The translations under genes were made by a program, and so were the position numbers. Positions 52,840-63,193 of a stretch of DNA of 64,000 nucleotides are shown here, piece by piece. Source of the stretch: an uncultured delta proteobacterium (GTDB lineage: Bacteria; Myxococcota_A; Polyangia; Fen-1088). Under the pieces are notes generated by a model that saw only the letters and a program-made list of their open reading frames with translations, was not told where the DNA came from and made no database searches. Every line of letters begins with the position of its first letter. Position 1 is the first letter of the stretch. The stretch spans positions 128,001 to 192,000 of the forward strand of contig CAVWIP010000015.1 in NCBI GenBank assembly GCA_963755125.1, given 5' to 3'.

Positions 52840-54090
52840 ATGCTGCGCAAAGTTGCCGTCACCGGCGTGGGGTTGGTCACGCCGGTCGGCATCGGCACAG
52901 AGGAAACCTGGCAAGCGCTCCTGGCGGGACGTTCTGGCATCGCGCCCATCACACGCTTCGATGCGAGCAGCTTTTCCACTCGCATCGCAGGCGAGGTGAA
53001 GGACTTTGACCCTGCCCGCTGGATTGGCGCGCGCGAGGTTCGCACCACAGCCGCCGATCTCTTCATCCAGTACGCCCTGGCTGCCGGGGCCCTGGCCATG
53101 AGCGACGCGGGGCTGACCATCGAGGGCGAGCTGTGCGAGCGAGCGGGCTGCTTCGTCGGCTCGGGCATGGGCGGTCTCGGCACCATCGAGGCCACGCACA
53201 AGACCTTTTTGGAAAAGGGGCCACGCCATGGCATCTCGCCCTTTTTCGCCACCCAGCTCATCATCAATCTGGCGGCGGGGCATCTGGCCATGAAGTACAA
53301 CGCCAAGGGTCCGAGCTACGCTCAGGTGTCGGCCTGTGCCAGCGGCGCTCACGCTATCGGCGACGCGTACCGCGCCATCCAGCGCGACGAGGTGGACGTG
53401 ATGATCTGCGGGGGCACCGAGTCCGTGGTCACACCGCTCGGGGTGGGTGGGTTCTGCGCCATGCGCGCTCTGTCCACGCGCAACCACGCGCCTGCCGAGG
53501 CGTCCCGGCCATTTGACCTGGAACGCGACGGCTTTCTCATGGGCGAGGGCGCGGGCATCGTGATTCTGGAGGAGATGGAGCACGCGAAGAAACGCAGGGC
53601 GAAGCTGTACGCCGAATTGAGCGGGTACGGCGCCAACGCCGACGCCTTTCACGTGACCGCGCCGGCGCCCGATGGCGAGGGCGCCCAGCGTTGCATGCGC
53701 TTGGCCCTCAAAGATGCAGGCCTTGCTCCCTCGGACATCGGCTACATCAACGCGCACGGGACCTCGACCAAGTTGAACGACGCCAGCGAGACAGTGGCCA
53801 TCAAGAAGGTGTTCGGCGACCACTCGCGCCGGTTGATGGTGAGTTCGACCAAATCCATGACCGGGCACCTGCTGGGCGCGGCAGGCGGGATCGAGGCGGC
53901 GTTCTGCGCGCTCGCCCTGGCGCGCGGCCAGGTGCCACCGACCATCAACTACACCACGCCCGATCCCGCGTGCGATCTCGACTACGTGCCGAATACCGCC
54001 CGCGGCGCTCGCCTGCGCCACGCCATGAGCAACAGCTTTGGCTTTGGTGGCACCAATGCCTGTCTGGTATTCAGCGCGATCGGGGGCTGA
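52840..54090 (+). CDS. fabF: beta-ketoacyl-ACP synthase II
   Basis: [63 protein letters not shown]. Confidence 0.97.
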   Translation: MLRKVAVTGVGLVTPVGIGTEETWQALLAGRSGIAPITRFDASSFSTRIAGEVKDFDPARWIGAREVRTTAADLFIQYALAAGALAMSDAGLTIEGELCERAGCFVGSGMGGLGTIEATHKTFLEKGPRHGISPFFATQLIINLAAGHLAMKYNAKGPSYAQVSACASGAHAIGDAYRAIQRDEVDVMICGGTESVVTPLGVGGFCAMRALSTRNHAPAEASRPFDLERDGFLMGEGAGIVILEEMEHAKKRRAKLYAELSGYGANADAFHVTAPAPDGEGAQRCMRLALKDAGLAPSDIGYINAHGTSTKLNDASETVAIKKVFGDHSRRLMVSSTKSMTGHLLGAAGGIEAAFCALALARGQVPPTINYTTPDPACDLDYVPNTARGARLRHAMSNSFGFGGTNACLVFSAIGG

Positions 54091-54191
54091 CCGGTTGTGT
54101 GCATGCGTCACGAAGGGCGGCAGCCGCTCCGCTGAAACGCAATTGAAACTCGGCGCCCAGCACTCCATCGCGATACAATCCTTTCGTCTTC

Positions 54192-55997
54192 ATGTCATCT
54201 GACATCTGCCCGCGCTGTGGCAAGCCAGCCCATGGCGCGAACTTCGAGTTCGACTGCCCCCAAGGGACGACCGATCCCGGGGCAGCACCCGCGGTTGTCG
54301 CGGCAGCGGCCCCACCGATGCCCAGCAGGCCTTCCGAGTCTTTCCGCGCGGTGGAGGCGACCCCCATCACCCGACTGCAGCCCGGCACCCTGGTGGGCGA
54401 GTACCAGATCTCGGACCGCATCGCCGAAGGCGGGATGGGCACGGTGTACAGCGCAGTCCATCCCATCATCGGCAAGAAGGTGGCAATCAAGATCTTGTCG
54501 GGCAGGCTGGCCAAGAACAGCAACGCCATCCGGCGTTTCGTGCTCGAAGCCCGCGCGGTGAACGACATCCGGCACGCGGGGCTGGTTGACATCTTCTCCT
54601 TCGGCCGGCTCACCGATGGGCGACCGTACTACGTCATGGAATTCCTCGACGGACGGAGCCTGGGCGCGGTGTTGCGCATGCACCGGCGGCTCACGCCCTT
54701 TGACACCTACCCTGTGTTCATGGACGTAGGGCGGGTGCTGGTCGCCGTTCACCACCACGGCATCGTTCATCGCGATCTCAAGCCCGACAACGTCATCCTG
54801 ATCCCTCAGGGCGCCGACCGGCCGCCCAAGGTGAAGCTGGTGGATTTTGGTCTGGCCAAGCTGCTGGTCGGGGATCCGAGCCAAGCGGCGAGCGGGCCGC
54901 ATACCGCCATCGGCGTGAACGTTGGAACGCCGCACTACATGTCGCCGGAACAGTGTCGCGGCGGCAATGTCGATGCGCGCTCCGACCTATACGCCCTGGG
55001 AGTGATGTTCTACGAGACGGTTACGGGCCAGCTGCCCATCGATGGGCCGACGCCGGTTGACATCTGGCAGGCCCATGTCGAGGTGGTTCCCCGGCCACCA
55101 GAACTGGTTGCCCCCGGCCTGGTGAGCCCCGAGCTCGGCGCTCTCATCATGAAGTTGCTGGCCAAGCGCCCCGAGCGCCGGCCGCAGAATGCGGCGGAGT
55201 TCTGCAGTGCCCTCGAAGCCCTGGCCAAGGCAGGCAAGCTGGGCAGCCAGGTGGCGCCCACGATCGATGATCAGGCCGCAGCCAAGATGCTGGATCTGGC
55301 GCGCGCGCTGTCGACCACTCCGGTGTCCGCCGATCTCGTGCGCATTGATGGCGCACCCGCCACGCCACCGGTCACGCCGCCGACCGCCGCTACGCAGCCG
55401 GCCACGCCACCGACTGCTGCCCCGCCGCCGTTCGTGCCGCCGACCGCTGCCCCGCCGGCACCGGCCCAGCCCCTCGCTCCCTCCGCAGAGGCTCTGCGGG
55501 CTCCGGTTTCTCCGGCGGTCCCCGAGGATCTTGCGACCACCATGCGGGACTTCCCGGCCTTCACGTCGTCCGATGAAGGCCGGAGGTCGGCGGAGCGATC
55601 GGAGGAAGTCGCGGGATTGCGGGCCGCCCTCGGCCTGCATATCGAACAGCCGGCTTTCGAGGTGAACGATCCTTTCCAGGTGAGCGCCCTGGTCGTCAAC
55701 CTGGAGCGAGGGGAGACAGATGCCGATACGTCCGGTCCCGCGAGCGAAGGCAAGGCCGGGCCGCGCGATGGAATGCTACAGGACGGCACGCCGCGAGTTC
55801 GTCGCCTGGCGCATCCCATCGAGGAGCGGCAGTTCGTGCCGCGGCTCGCGGCGCCCACGCGACGGACGAGCAGGGCGAATCCGGTGCAGCCGAACCTAGC
55901 CAGGGCTCCGGCGCGATTCGGCCGCGGTGCCCGCGGAGTGGTGGCGGCGCTCCTGCTCCTAGGCGCAGCCGCGGTGGCCTACTTGCTGCTCCACTAG
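54192..55997 (+). CDS. Ser/Thr protein kinase with Pro-rich linker and C-terminal TM helix
   Basis: EGGMGTVY, VAIK, HRDLKPDN, DFGLAK, GTPHYMSPEQ, SDLYALG. Confidence 0.95.
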   Translation: MSSDICPRCGKPAHGANFEFDCPQGTTDPGAAPAVVAAAAPPMPSRPSESFRAVEATPITRLQPGTLVGEYQISDRIAEGGMGTVYSAVHPIIGKKVAIKILSGRLAKNSNAIRRFVLEARAVNDIRHAGLVDIFSFGRLTDGRPYYVMEFLDGRSLGAVLRMHRRLTPFDTYPVFMDVGRVLVAVHHHGIVHRDLKPDNVILIPQGADRPPKVKLVDFGLAKLLVGDPSQAASGPHTAIGVNVGTPHYMSPEQCRGGNVDARSDLYALGVMFYETVTGQLPIDGPTPVDIWQAHVEVVPRPPELVAPGLVSPELGALIMKLLAKRPERRPQNAAEFCSALEALAKAGKLGSQVAPTIDDQAAAKMLDLARALSTTPVSADLVRIDGAPATPPVTPPTAATQPATPPTAAPPPFVPPTAAPPAPAQPLAPSAEALRAPVSPAVPEDLATTMRDFPAFTSSDEGRRSAERSEEVAGLRAALGLHIEQPAFEVNDPFQVSALVVNLERGETDADTSGPASEGKAGPRDGMLQDGTPRVRRLAHPIEERQFVPRLAAPTRRTSRANPVQPNLARAPARFGRGARGVVAALLLLGAAAVAYLLLH

Positions 55998-57367
55998 CCC
56001 ATCTCCTTTTCGATCGCGTCGGCTCCCTTGCGAATGGCAGCGGTGAGCACCTCGTGGCCGTCGCTGGTGACTAGCACGTCGTCCTCGATGCGAATGCCAC
56101 GGACATCGGCAAAGGCGGCCAGCCGATCGCGCCGCAGGCGATCGCCGGCCAGGGCCGTGCGCGCAGGATCGTCGAGAATGGCGGGGACCAGGTACAAACC
56201 GGGTTCGATGGTGATCGCCATGCCGGCGCAGAGATCGCGGTCGAGTCGCAGCGTGCGCAGGCCTGGCTCGGTGGAACGGGTGCGGCCGGCCGCATAGGTG
56301 GCGCGATCGCCCAGGTCTTCCAAATCGTGTACGTCCAACCCGATGAGGTGGCCCAGCCCGTGCGGGAAGAAGAGAGCCACCACGCCGTCGGCCACCAGTT
56401 CTGCCGGATCGCCGCGCAGGACCCCCAGGTTGACCAGACCTTCGGCGATGAGTCGGCCGGCCAGAAAGTGCAGCTCGCGGAAGGGCACACCCGGCCGCAC
56501 CGCTGCAATCACGCTCTGCTGGGCGTGCAGGACTATCTGATAGAAGTCCCGTTGCGTGGCCGAAAAGCGTCCGTTCACCGGCCAGGTGCGCGTGACGTCG
56601 CCCGCCCAGCCGTCGGCGGTTTCCGCGCCCACGTCGACCAGCAAGAGATCGCCGGACTTCAACTCGTGGTGGTATTCCTCGTTGTGCAGAACCTCGCCGT
56701 GAACCGTGACGATGGAGTTGTAGGACGCGCCCATGTTGCGGCGGATGAACTCCGCTTCCATCGCCGCGCGCACCACGCTCTCGTTGATGCCAGGACGGAC
56801 CGCGCGGATTCCCGCGTGAAAGGCAGCCGCGGTGGCGTCGGCAGCCCTGCGCAGGGCCGCGATGGCCGTGTGGTCATGGACTAGGCGCATCTCGATGATC
56901 GCGTCGGCCAGTGGATGGTCGAGCGCATCCAGCTTGCCGTAGACGATGGGCCTGCCCAGCAATTCCGACTGCTCGGCGCGGGTTTCCTGATCCAGAGCAG
57001 GCAATGTGGCCACCGTCCTGCCCGCCACGGCCTCGGCCAGCGCGGGCCGCAGCTCGACCGGGCAAGCCAGCGCTAGGCTCAGATCGGCCGGCCCCGGAGC
57101 ATGCCCGTGCCACAAAGCAAAGTCGGGCCCCGGCTCGGGGAGAAACAGCACCCAGCGCCCGCCCGTCCACAGACCAAAGGCGCGGGGCAGGTGCAGGCCA
57201 AACAGATAGAGAAAGTGGCTGGCCGCGCGGAAATAGTAGGCATTGCCGGCCGAGGTGCGTGGTCGCGGCGCGCCGGCGGCAATCAGCGCGGGCTGCGCTC
57301 CCAGTTTCATGGCCAGCCGCGACCGTCGCGCGGCACAGGCCCGTCCGTCGAAATCGCTGAGTTTCAT
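55994..57367 (-). CDS. pepP: Xaa-Pro aminopeptidase (M24B)
   Basis: LLLVDVG, GDVTRTWP, FPHGLGHLIGLDVHD, TIEPGLY, GIRIEDDV. Confidence 0.92.
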   Translation of the reverse strand: MKLSDFDGRACAARRSRLAMKLGAQPALIAAGAPRPRTSAGNAYYFRAASHFLYLFGLHLPRAFGLWTGGRWVLFLPEPGPDFALWHGHAPGPADLSLALACPVELRPALAEAVAGRTVATLPALDQETRAEQSELLGRPIVYGKLDALDHPLADAIIEMRLVHDHTAIAALRRAADATAAAFHAGIRAVRPGINESVVRAAMEAEFIRRNMGASYNSIVTVHGEVLHNEEYHHELKSGDLLLVDVGAETADGWAGDVTRTWPVNGRFSATQRDFYQIVLHAQQSVIAAVRPGVPFRELHFLAGRLIAEGLVNLGVLRGDPAELVADGVVALFFPHGLGHLIGLDVHDLEDLGDRATYAAGRTRSTEPGLRTLRLDRDLCAGMAITIEPGLYLVPAILDDPARTALAGDRLRRDRLAAFADVRGIRIEDDVLVTSDGHEVLTAAIRKGADAIEKEMG

Positions 57368-57560
57368 GGGAGGAAAAGTATACGTCGCGATTCGAGAGGC
57401 AACCGGGCCGGAATTTCACGGAGCGCACGCGACCCCAGCCGCTGCGCCGCCTCCTGACTCGTGACAACGCATTCGCACCTGTTTGCCGGGTGAGGCATCC
57501 AAATCCAGGAACTCGCACCTGGGCGCCGGTGGATATCCACACGGACATGGAGGAAGTCTG

Positions 57561-58055
57561 ATGACCAGTATGCGCCAGATCAGCCCCTGCCTCTGGTTTG
57601 ACAGCCAGGCCGAGGAAGCCGCGAAGTTCTACGTTTCCGTGTTTGAGAACTCGGTCATCGACCACATCTCGCGCTATGGGAAGGAAGGGTTCGAGGTCCA
57701 CGGTCGACCCGATGGCTCCGTGATGACCGTGACCTTCCGGCTCGCGGGGCACGAGTTCACCGCTCTCAACGGCGGCCCACTTTTCAAGTTCAGCGAGGCG
57801 ATCTCGTTCCAGGTCTTCTGTGACACGCAGGACGAAATCGACACTTTCTCCGATAAGCTGGGCCGGGATGGTGAGCAGGGCCCGTGCGGCTGGCTGAAGG
57901 ACCGATTCGGCCTGTCGTGGCAGATCGTCCCCTCGGTCCTCAGCCAGATGCTGCGCGATCCTGACCCGCAGAAAGCCCAGAGGGTCTTCAGGGCAATGAT
58001 GCAGATGAAGCGCCTGGATATCGCCGCGCTCCGGCGTGCCTACGAGGGGAAGTAG
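57561..58055 (+). CDS. VOC family protein (PhnB / 3-demethylubiquinone-9 3-methyltransferase-like)
   Basis: PCLWFD.QAEEAA.FY, LNGGP.FKFSEAISF, CGWLKDRFGLSWQIVP. Confidence 0.92.
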   Translation: MTSMRQISPCLWFDSQAEEAAKFYVSVFENSVIDHISRYGKEGFEVHGRPDGSVMTVTFRLAGHEFTALNGGPLFKFSEAISFQVFCDTQDEIDTFSDKLGRDGEQGPCGWLKDRFGLSWQIVPSVLSQMLRDPDPQKAQRVFRAMMQMKRLDIAALRRAYEGK

Positions 58056-58181
58056 CTGCGAGTTGCTCGCCGAGTGCGGGGCCGATGAAAGATCTCGACC
58101 GCCCGGCCACCGTCACGACCCTCCAAGACCTGTCCTTGCCAGCTGGTTTCGCGGCCAGATCGTGACAAGCTACAATAGTCC

Positions 58182-58502
58182 ATGCCCAAGCAGGAACTCG
58201 ACCGGGAACGCGATCTTGCGACGCTGGATCAGGCGCGCGTCGAGCGGCCGCGCCTGTATGAGGTCGTGCTTCACAACGACGACTACACGACGCAGGAGTT
58301 CGTGGTGTACGTGCTGATGAAGTTCTTCCAGCACGACGCCGCGACCGCCCAGCAGATCATGTTGAACGTGCACACCAAGGGCGTGGGCGTGGCCGGGGTC
58401 TACCCGCGCGACATCGCCGAGACCAAGGCGGCCCAGGTCGTTCGCTATGCCCGCGACAACGAGATGCCGCTGCGCTGTTCGGTGCAAAGGCAATCATGCT
58501 AG
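58182..58502 (+). CDS. clpS: Clp protease adaptor ClpS
   Basis: LHNDDYTT.EFVV, IMLNVH.KG, DIAETK, PLRC. Confidence 0.96.
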   Translation: MPKQELDRERDLATLDQARVERPRLYEVVLHNDDYTTQEFVVYVLMKFFQHDAATAQQIMLNVHTKGVGVAGVYPRDIAETKAAQVVRYARDNEMPLRCSVQRQSC

Positions 58503-60880
58503 GTCCGGAACTGGAACAGGCGATTCGCAAGGCGCTGGAGGATGCCACCCGTCGGCGCCACGAGTTTTCCGGGCTCGAACACCTGCTGCTGGCCCTGCTC
58601 GACGACAAGAAGACCACCGAGGTCATTCGACAGTGCGGAGGCAAGCCGGCGCGCGTGCGCGCCAAGCTGGAGGAGTTTCTGGAAGGCGCGCTGCCCAGTC
58701 TGCCCGCCGACGAAGAGGCGCGCAGCGCAGGCGATGAGGAAGGAGAGTTACGGGCTCAACCTACCCTGGGATTCGCGCGCGTAATCCAGCGCGCGATCAA
58801 CCAGCTTTTCGGCGCCGGGCGCTCCGAGGTTCACGGCCCGCATGTGCTGGTCGCCCTGTACAGCGAGCCCGACTCGCACGCCGTCCACTTTCTCAAGGAG
58901 GAAGGCATCAGCCGACTGGACATCGTCACCGCCATCTCGCACGGAGCCCCCAAGATCCTGCCCGAGCACGGCAGCCGGCCGGCAGGGGCGCTGCCCGAGG
59001 CCGAGCCAGACGAGGAATCCGAGGCACAGGCCGGCAAGGATCCGCTGGAGAGTTTTGCTGTCAACCTGAACGAACGCGCGCGCCGGGGGCTCATCGATCC
59101 TCTGGTCGGACGACAGGCGGAACTGGATCGGGCGCTGCACGTGCTGGCGCGTCGGCGCAAGAACAATCCGCTGTTCGTGGGCGACGCAGGCGTGGGCAAG
59201 ACCGCCATCGTCGAGGGACTGGCGGTGCGCATCGAGGCCGGCGAGGTGCCGCCGGCCCTGCGTGGCGTGGAGATCTTCGCCTTGGACATGGGCTCGCTGG
59301 TGGCGGGCACGCGCTACCGCGGCGATTTCGAGGAGCGTTTCAAGGCGGTGCTGCGCGCGGCTGAGGCCAAGGGCAACGCCGTCCTCTTCATCGACGAGCT
59401 GCACACCATCGTGGGCGCGGGCGCGGCCTCGGGCGGCACCATGGACGCGTCCAATCTGCTGAAGCCGCCCCTGTCGGCCGGGCTCATTCGCTGCATTGGC
59501 ACGACAACACACAAAGAGCTGCGCGGCTACATCGAGAAAGACCGGGCTTTGGCCCGTCGGTTCCAACCCATCGAGGTGTCCGAGTTGAGCGTGGACGACA
59601 CCATGAAGGTGTTGCAAGGTCTGCGCAAGCACTACGAGAAGTTTCACGGCGTGCACTACACCGATCGCGCTTTGCGCGTGGCTGCCGAGCTGTCCGATCG
59701 GCACCTGGCCGACCGCAAGCTGCCCGACAAGGCCATCGACCTCATCGACGAGGCGGGCGCGATCTTGAAGCTGCGCGCGGGCGGCGGCCTGGCACCGGCT
59801 GCCGGAAAGGACGAGGCGCAAGCGCCGTCCGAGCGACTGACCGTGCGTGCACGCGACATCGAGGCCGTGGTATCGACCATGGCGCGCATTCCCGCGCGGC
59901 GGGTGGGGACCGACGACCGCGAACGCCTGCGCAATCTGGAGACCGAGATCAAGGACAAGGTCTTCGGCCAGGACCAGGCGGTGGAGCGCGTGTGCCAGGC
60001 CATCCGCACCAACCGCGCCGGCCTGGGCACCGCTGATCGACCCATCGGATGCTTTCTGTTTGCCGGTCCCACTGGGGTGGGCAAGACCGAACTGGCCAAG
60101 CAACTGGCGGAGGTGCTGGGCGTGGCGTTCTTGCGCTACGACATGTCGGAGTACATGGAGCGGCACACGGTGTCGCGACTGATCGGCGCGCCGCCTGGAT
60201 ATGTCGGGTTCGATCAGGGCGGTTTGCTCACCGATGCGGTCCACAAAACGCCACACGCGGTGCTCTTGCTCGACGAGATCGAGAAGGCCCACCCGGATCT
60301 GTTCAACATCTTGTTGCAGGTGATGGACCACGGCGCGCTCACCGACAACAACGGTCGCACCTCGGACTTCCGCCACATCATCCTCATCATGACCAGCAAC
60401 GTGGGCGCGCGCGATCTGTCGCGGCGGATGCCGGGGTTCGGCGCGGGCGAGCGCTTCGGCGACGCCGACGAGGCTTTCAAGCGCGTGTTCTCGCCCGAGT
60501 TCCGCAATCGCCTGGATGCCAAGGTGGACTTCGCGCCGCTGGGTGAGCGCGAGATGTTGCTCATCGTCGACAAGTTCGTGGCCGAACTGGGCAAGCAACT
60601 CGGCGAGCGCGAGGTCACGGTGACGCTCAGCCCCGCGGCGCGGGAACGCTTGGCCAAGAAAGGCTACGACCCGATGAACGGCGCGCGGCCTCTGGCCAGA
60701 GTCATGCAAGACGAGGTGAAGCGTCCCCTGACCGACGAGTTGCTCTTCGGCGCGCTGGCCTCAGGCGGGAGCGTGGCCGTCGACGTTGCCGACGACAAGT
60801 TGACCTTCGCGTTCGCCAAGGCCGTGGTCGCGGACAAGCCACCGGATGGTGCTGCTCAGGAGGACGACGACGATGAGTGA
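58496..60880 (+). CDS. clpA: ATP-dependent Clp protease ATP-binding subunit ClpA
   Basis: Two AAA+ modules (GDAGVGKT, GPTGVGKT), PTLGF.RV, YDMSEYME; downstream of clpS. Confidence 0.96.
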   Translation: MLGPELEQAIRKALEDATRRRHEFSGLEHLLLALLDDKKTTEVIRQCGGKPARVRAKLEEFLEGALPSLPADEEARSAGDEEGELRAQPTLGFARVIQRAINQLFGAGRSEVHGPHVLVALYSEPDSHAVHFLKEEGISRLDIVTAISHGAPKILPEHGSRPAGALPEAEPDEESEAQAGKDPLESFAVNLNERARRGLIDPLVGRQAELDRALHVLARRRKNNPLFVGDAGVGKTAIVEGLAVRIEAGEVPPALRGVEIFALDMGSLVAGTRYRGDFEERFKAVLRAAEAKGNAVLFIDELHTIVGAGAASGGTMDASNLLKPPLSAGLIRCIGTTTHKELRGYIEKDRALARRFQPIEVSELSVDDTMKVLQGLRKHYEKFHGVHYTDRALRVAAELSDRHLADRKLPDKAIDLIDEAGAILKLRAGGGLAPAAGKDEAQAPSERLTVRARDIEAVVSTMARIPARRVGTDDRERLRNLETEIKDKVFGQDQAVERVCQAIRTNRAGLGTADRPIGCFLFAGPTGVGKTELAKQLAEVLGVAFLRYDMSEYMERHTVSRLIGAPPGYVGFDQGGLLTDAVHKTPHAVLLLDEIEKAHPDLFNILLQVMDHGALTDNNGRTSDFRHIILIMTSNVGARDLSRRMPGFGAGERFGDADEAFKRVFSPEFRNRLDAKVDFAPLGEREMLLIVDKFVAELGKQLGEREVTVTLSPAARERLAKKGYDPMNGARPLARVMQDEVKRPLTDELLFGALASGGSVAVDVADDKLTFAFAKAVVADKPPDGAAQEDDDDE

Positions 60881-61232
60881 CAAGCACCACCTGGATCTCG
60901 TCACCGGCGCCATGCCGCCTGCACAGGCCGTGGCCTTCGTGGATCTGGTCGCCTATCAGCCGGGCGCCGTGGTGAGCCGCACGCTGGTCAAGAAGAACGC
61001 CGGCACAGTCACGCTGTTTGCGTTCGACGTGGGGCAGGGACTGTCCGAGCACACCGCACCCTTCGACGCCATCGCCGAGATCCTGGACGGCGAGACCGAG
61101 CTGACCATCGGCGGAAAGAAGGTCGTCGCCCGCGCCGGGCAGGCCGTGCTCATGCCAGCCAACATTCCCCACGCGCTGCGCGCCATCACCCCGTTCAAAA
61201 TGCTGCTGGTGATGGTGCGCGAGGCGGGGTAG
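60873..61232 (+). CDS. cupin domain protein
   Basis: TVTLFAFD.GQGLSEHTAPFDA, MPANIPHAL, FKMLL. Confidence 0.9.
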   Translation: MSDKHHLDLVTGAMPPAQAVAFVDLVAYQPGAVVSRTLVKKNAGTVTLFAFDVGQGLSEHTAPFDAIAEILDGETELTIGGKKVVARAGQAVLMPANIPHALRAITPFKMLLVMVREAG

Positions 61233-61742
61233 GGGACGTGTCACGCTACGACTTGAAGTGGCTTCGGCGACGCGCGAATGCGCGGCTCTTCTGTAACGAT
61301 CTCGAAGCCTTGAACCCGGAGCGCGGTGATGGCTGCCTCTTGCACTCACGTGCGGTCGTAGCGGGTTAGAAAAGCGAGCCCAACAAGCTGAGAAAGTCGA
61401 ACGCCATCAACACGACTGACAGATCCTCCATAACCGGGTCTGGCCGGACTCTCGTCCCGTTGATGGAAGTCAACAATCCGCCGATCGCAGTGGGCGCAAC
61501 GAGCCGCAGTCGCTGAAGTCCGCTTGTGACAGAAGGGACAGATCCGAGAGGACCATCGGCCGCGAAACCCATCACGCCAGATTATACAGGAAAACGGGTA
61601 TTTCGTTGAAGTCCTCCCTCCAGGCCAGCATCTCCAAGTCTTTGTCACCTCATCACGCTTCAATCCGGCGTCGCACGATGAGCGAATGTTCTTTGAGGTG
61701 CTCTTGGGCTGTCGGGCATCCAAACCCCAGGGAGGAATGAAC

Positions 61743-62126
61743 ATGAAGCGGCTGTGGACTGGGCGAATCATGAGCGGCGTGGCGGTGCTGTTCTTGTTGT
61801 TTGACAGCATCACCAAGCTTATGCGCGTGGATGCGGTGATGAAGGCGGCGGCGAACATCGGATACCCAGCGAGCACGATGGTCCCCATCGGACTGATCCT
61901 ACTCGTATGCGTGGTCGTCTACCTGATCCCGCGGACAGCCGTGCTGGGCGCAGTACTGCTCACCGGCTATCTGGGCGGCGCCGTTGCGACCCACGTGCGC
62001 GTGGGCGATCCGCTCATGAGCCACGTCCTGTTCCCGATCTACTTTGGCGTTCTGATCTGGGGCGGGCTCTACCTGCGCGACCTGCGGGTGCACGCGCTGA
62101 TCGCACGACGTGATCCGCCTCGCTAG
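61743..62126 (+). CDS. DoxX family membrane protein
   Basis: LFLLFDSITKL, IPRTAVLGAVLLTGYLGGAVATHVR, WGGLYLRD; GGAGG SD. Confidence 0.9.
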   Translation: MKRLWTGRIMSGVAVLFLLFDSITKLMRVDAVMKAAANIGYPASTMVPIGLILLVCVVVYLIPRTAVLGAVLLTGYLGGAVATHVRVGDPLMSHVLFPIYFGVLIWGGLYLRDLRVHALIARRDPPR

Positions 62127-62131
62127 ATGAA

Positions 62132-63145
62132 CTACACCGGTCGCCCGATGGCGCCGGCGATGACCCGCACGGCGCGCATCAGGTCGGCGAATTCCGGCAG
62201 CGACAAAGACTGGTGCCCGTCGGACAGCGCCTGGTCAGGGTGGGGGTGGACCTCGATGATGAGTCCGTCGGCGCCGGCCGCGACGGCCGCGCGAGCCATG
62301 GCCGGCACGTGCCGGCGCATGCCGATGCCGTGACTGGGATCCACGATGACGGGCAAGTGGGTCAGCGACTTCAAAACCGGAACCGCGTTCAGGTCGAGCG
62401 TGTTGCGGGTCATGGTTTCAAAGGTGCGGATGCCCCGCTCGCACAGGGCAACCTGGTAGTTGCCGTTGGAGACGATGTACTCGGCGGCCATCAGCCATTC
62501 CTTGATGGTCGCCGACGCCCCGCGCTTGAGCAGCACCGGCTTGCCCAGCTTGCCCAGGCGACGCAAGAGCGAGAAGTTCTGCATGTTGCGCGCGCCCAGT
62601 TGCAGCACGTCGGCGTAGTCGGCCACCAGCGGCAGATCGTCGGTGTCCATGATTTCGGTCACCACTTTGAGGCCGGTCTTCTCGCGCGCCAGCGCCAGCA
62701 GCTTGAGGCCGGCTTCACCCAGCCCCTGGAATTCGTAGGGGCTGGTGCGCGGCTTGAAGGCGCCGCCGCGCAGGAAAGTGGCGCCCAGTTCCTTCACGCC
62801 GCAGGCCACTTCCAGGATCTGTTCTTCCGATTCGACCGAACAGGGGCCGGCCATGATGGCCAGGCCAGGGCCGCCCAGCCGGCTACCGCCCACATCGATG
62901 ACCGTGTCTTCTTCCTTCACCTCGCGCGACACCAGCTTGAAAGGCTGTGACACGCGGATGGCGTCGGCGACTCCGGGCAGCGAGGCAAATGCCTCGGCAT
63001 CGAGTGCGCCGCGGTTGCCGGTGATGCCGATGGCCATTCGCTGGGCACCAGGGATCTCGTGCGCATCCAGCCCGAGCGCGTGGATCTTCTCGACCACAGC
63101 GGCAATCTGTGCTTCGGTCGCCTGCGGTCTCATGACGATCAACAT
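62132..63145 (-). CDS. aroF: 3-deoxy-7-phosphoheptulonate synthase (type I-beta, N-terminal regulatory domain)
   Basis: [55 protein letters not shown]. Confidence 0.96.
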   Translation of the reverse strand: MLIVMRPQATEAQIAAVVEKIHALGLDAHEIPGAQRMAIGITGNRGALDAEAFASLPGVADAIRVSQPFKLVSREVKEEDTVIDVGGSRLGGPGLAIMAGPCSVESEEQILEVACGVKELGATFLRGGAFKPRTSPYEFQGLGEAGLKLLALAREKTGLKVVTEIMDTDDLPLVADYADVLQLGARNMQNFSLLRRLGKLGKPVLLKRGASATIKEWLMAAEYIVSNGNYQVALCERGIRTFETMTRNTLDLNAVPVLKSLTHLPVIVDPSHGIGMRRHVPAMARAAVAAGADGLIIEVHPHPDQALSDGHQSLSLPEFADLMRAVRVIAGAIGRPV

Positions 63146-63193
63146 GGATGTCTCCTCGCGCGGATACTATCCCGAAGCGGCCGTGCGCGCGGG

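Noticed and set aside
58748..60709. Long antisense ORFs (also 2502-3911, 5144-6490, 27905-29701, 52672-54168)
   Set aside because: Shadow frames of well-supported genes on the other strand, expected in GC-rich DNA; no motifs.
61346..61888. Minus-strand ORF containing CPFC...CAHC zinc-ribbon-like motif
   Set aside because: Its start lies antisense within the DoxX gene and there is no in-frame start near the motif; likely chance.
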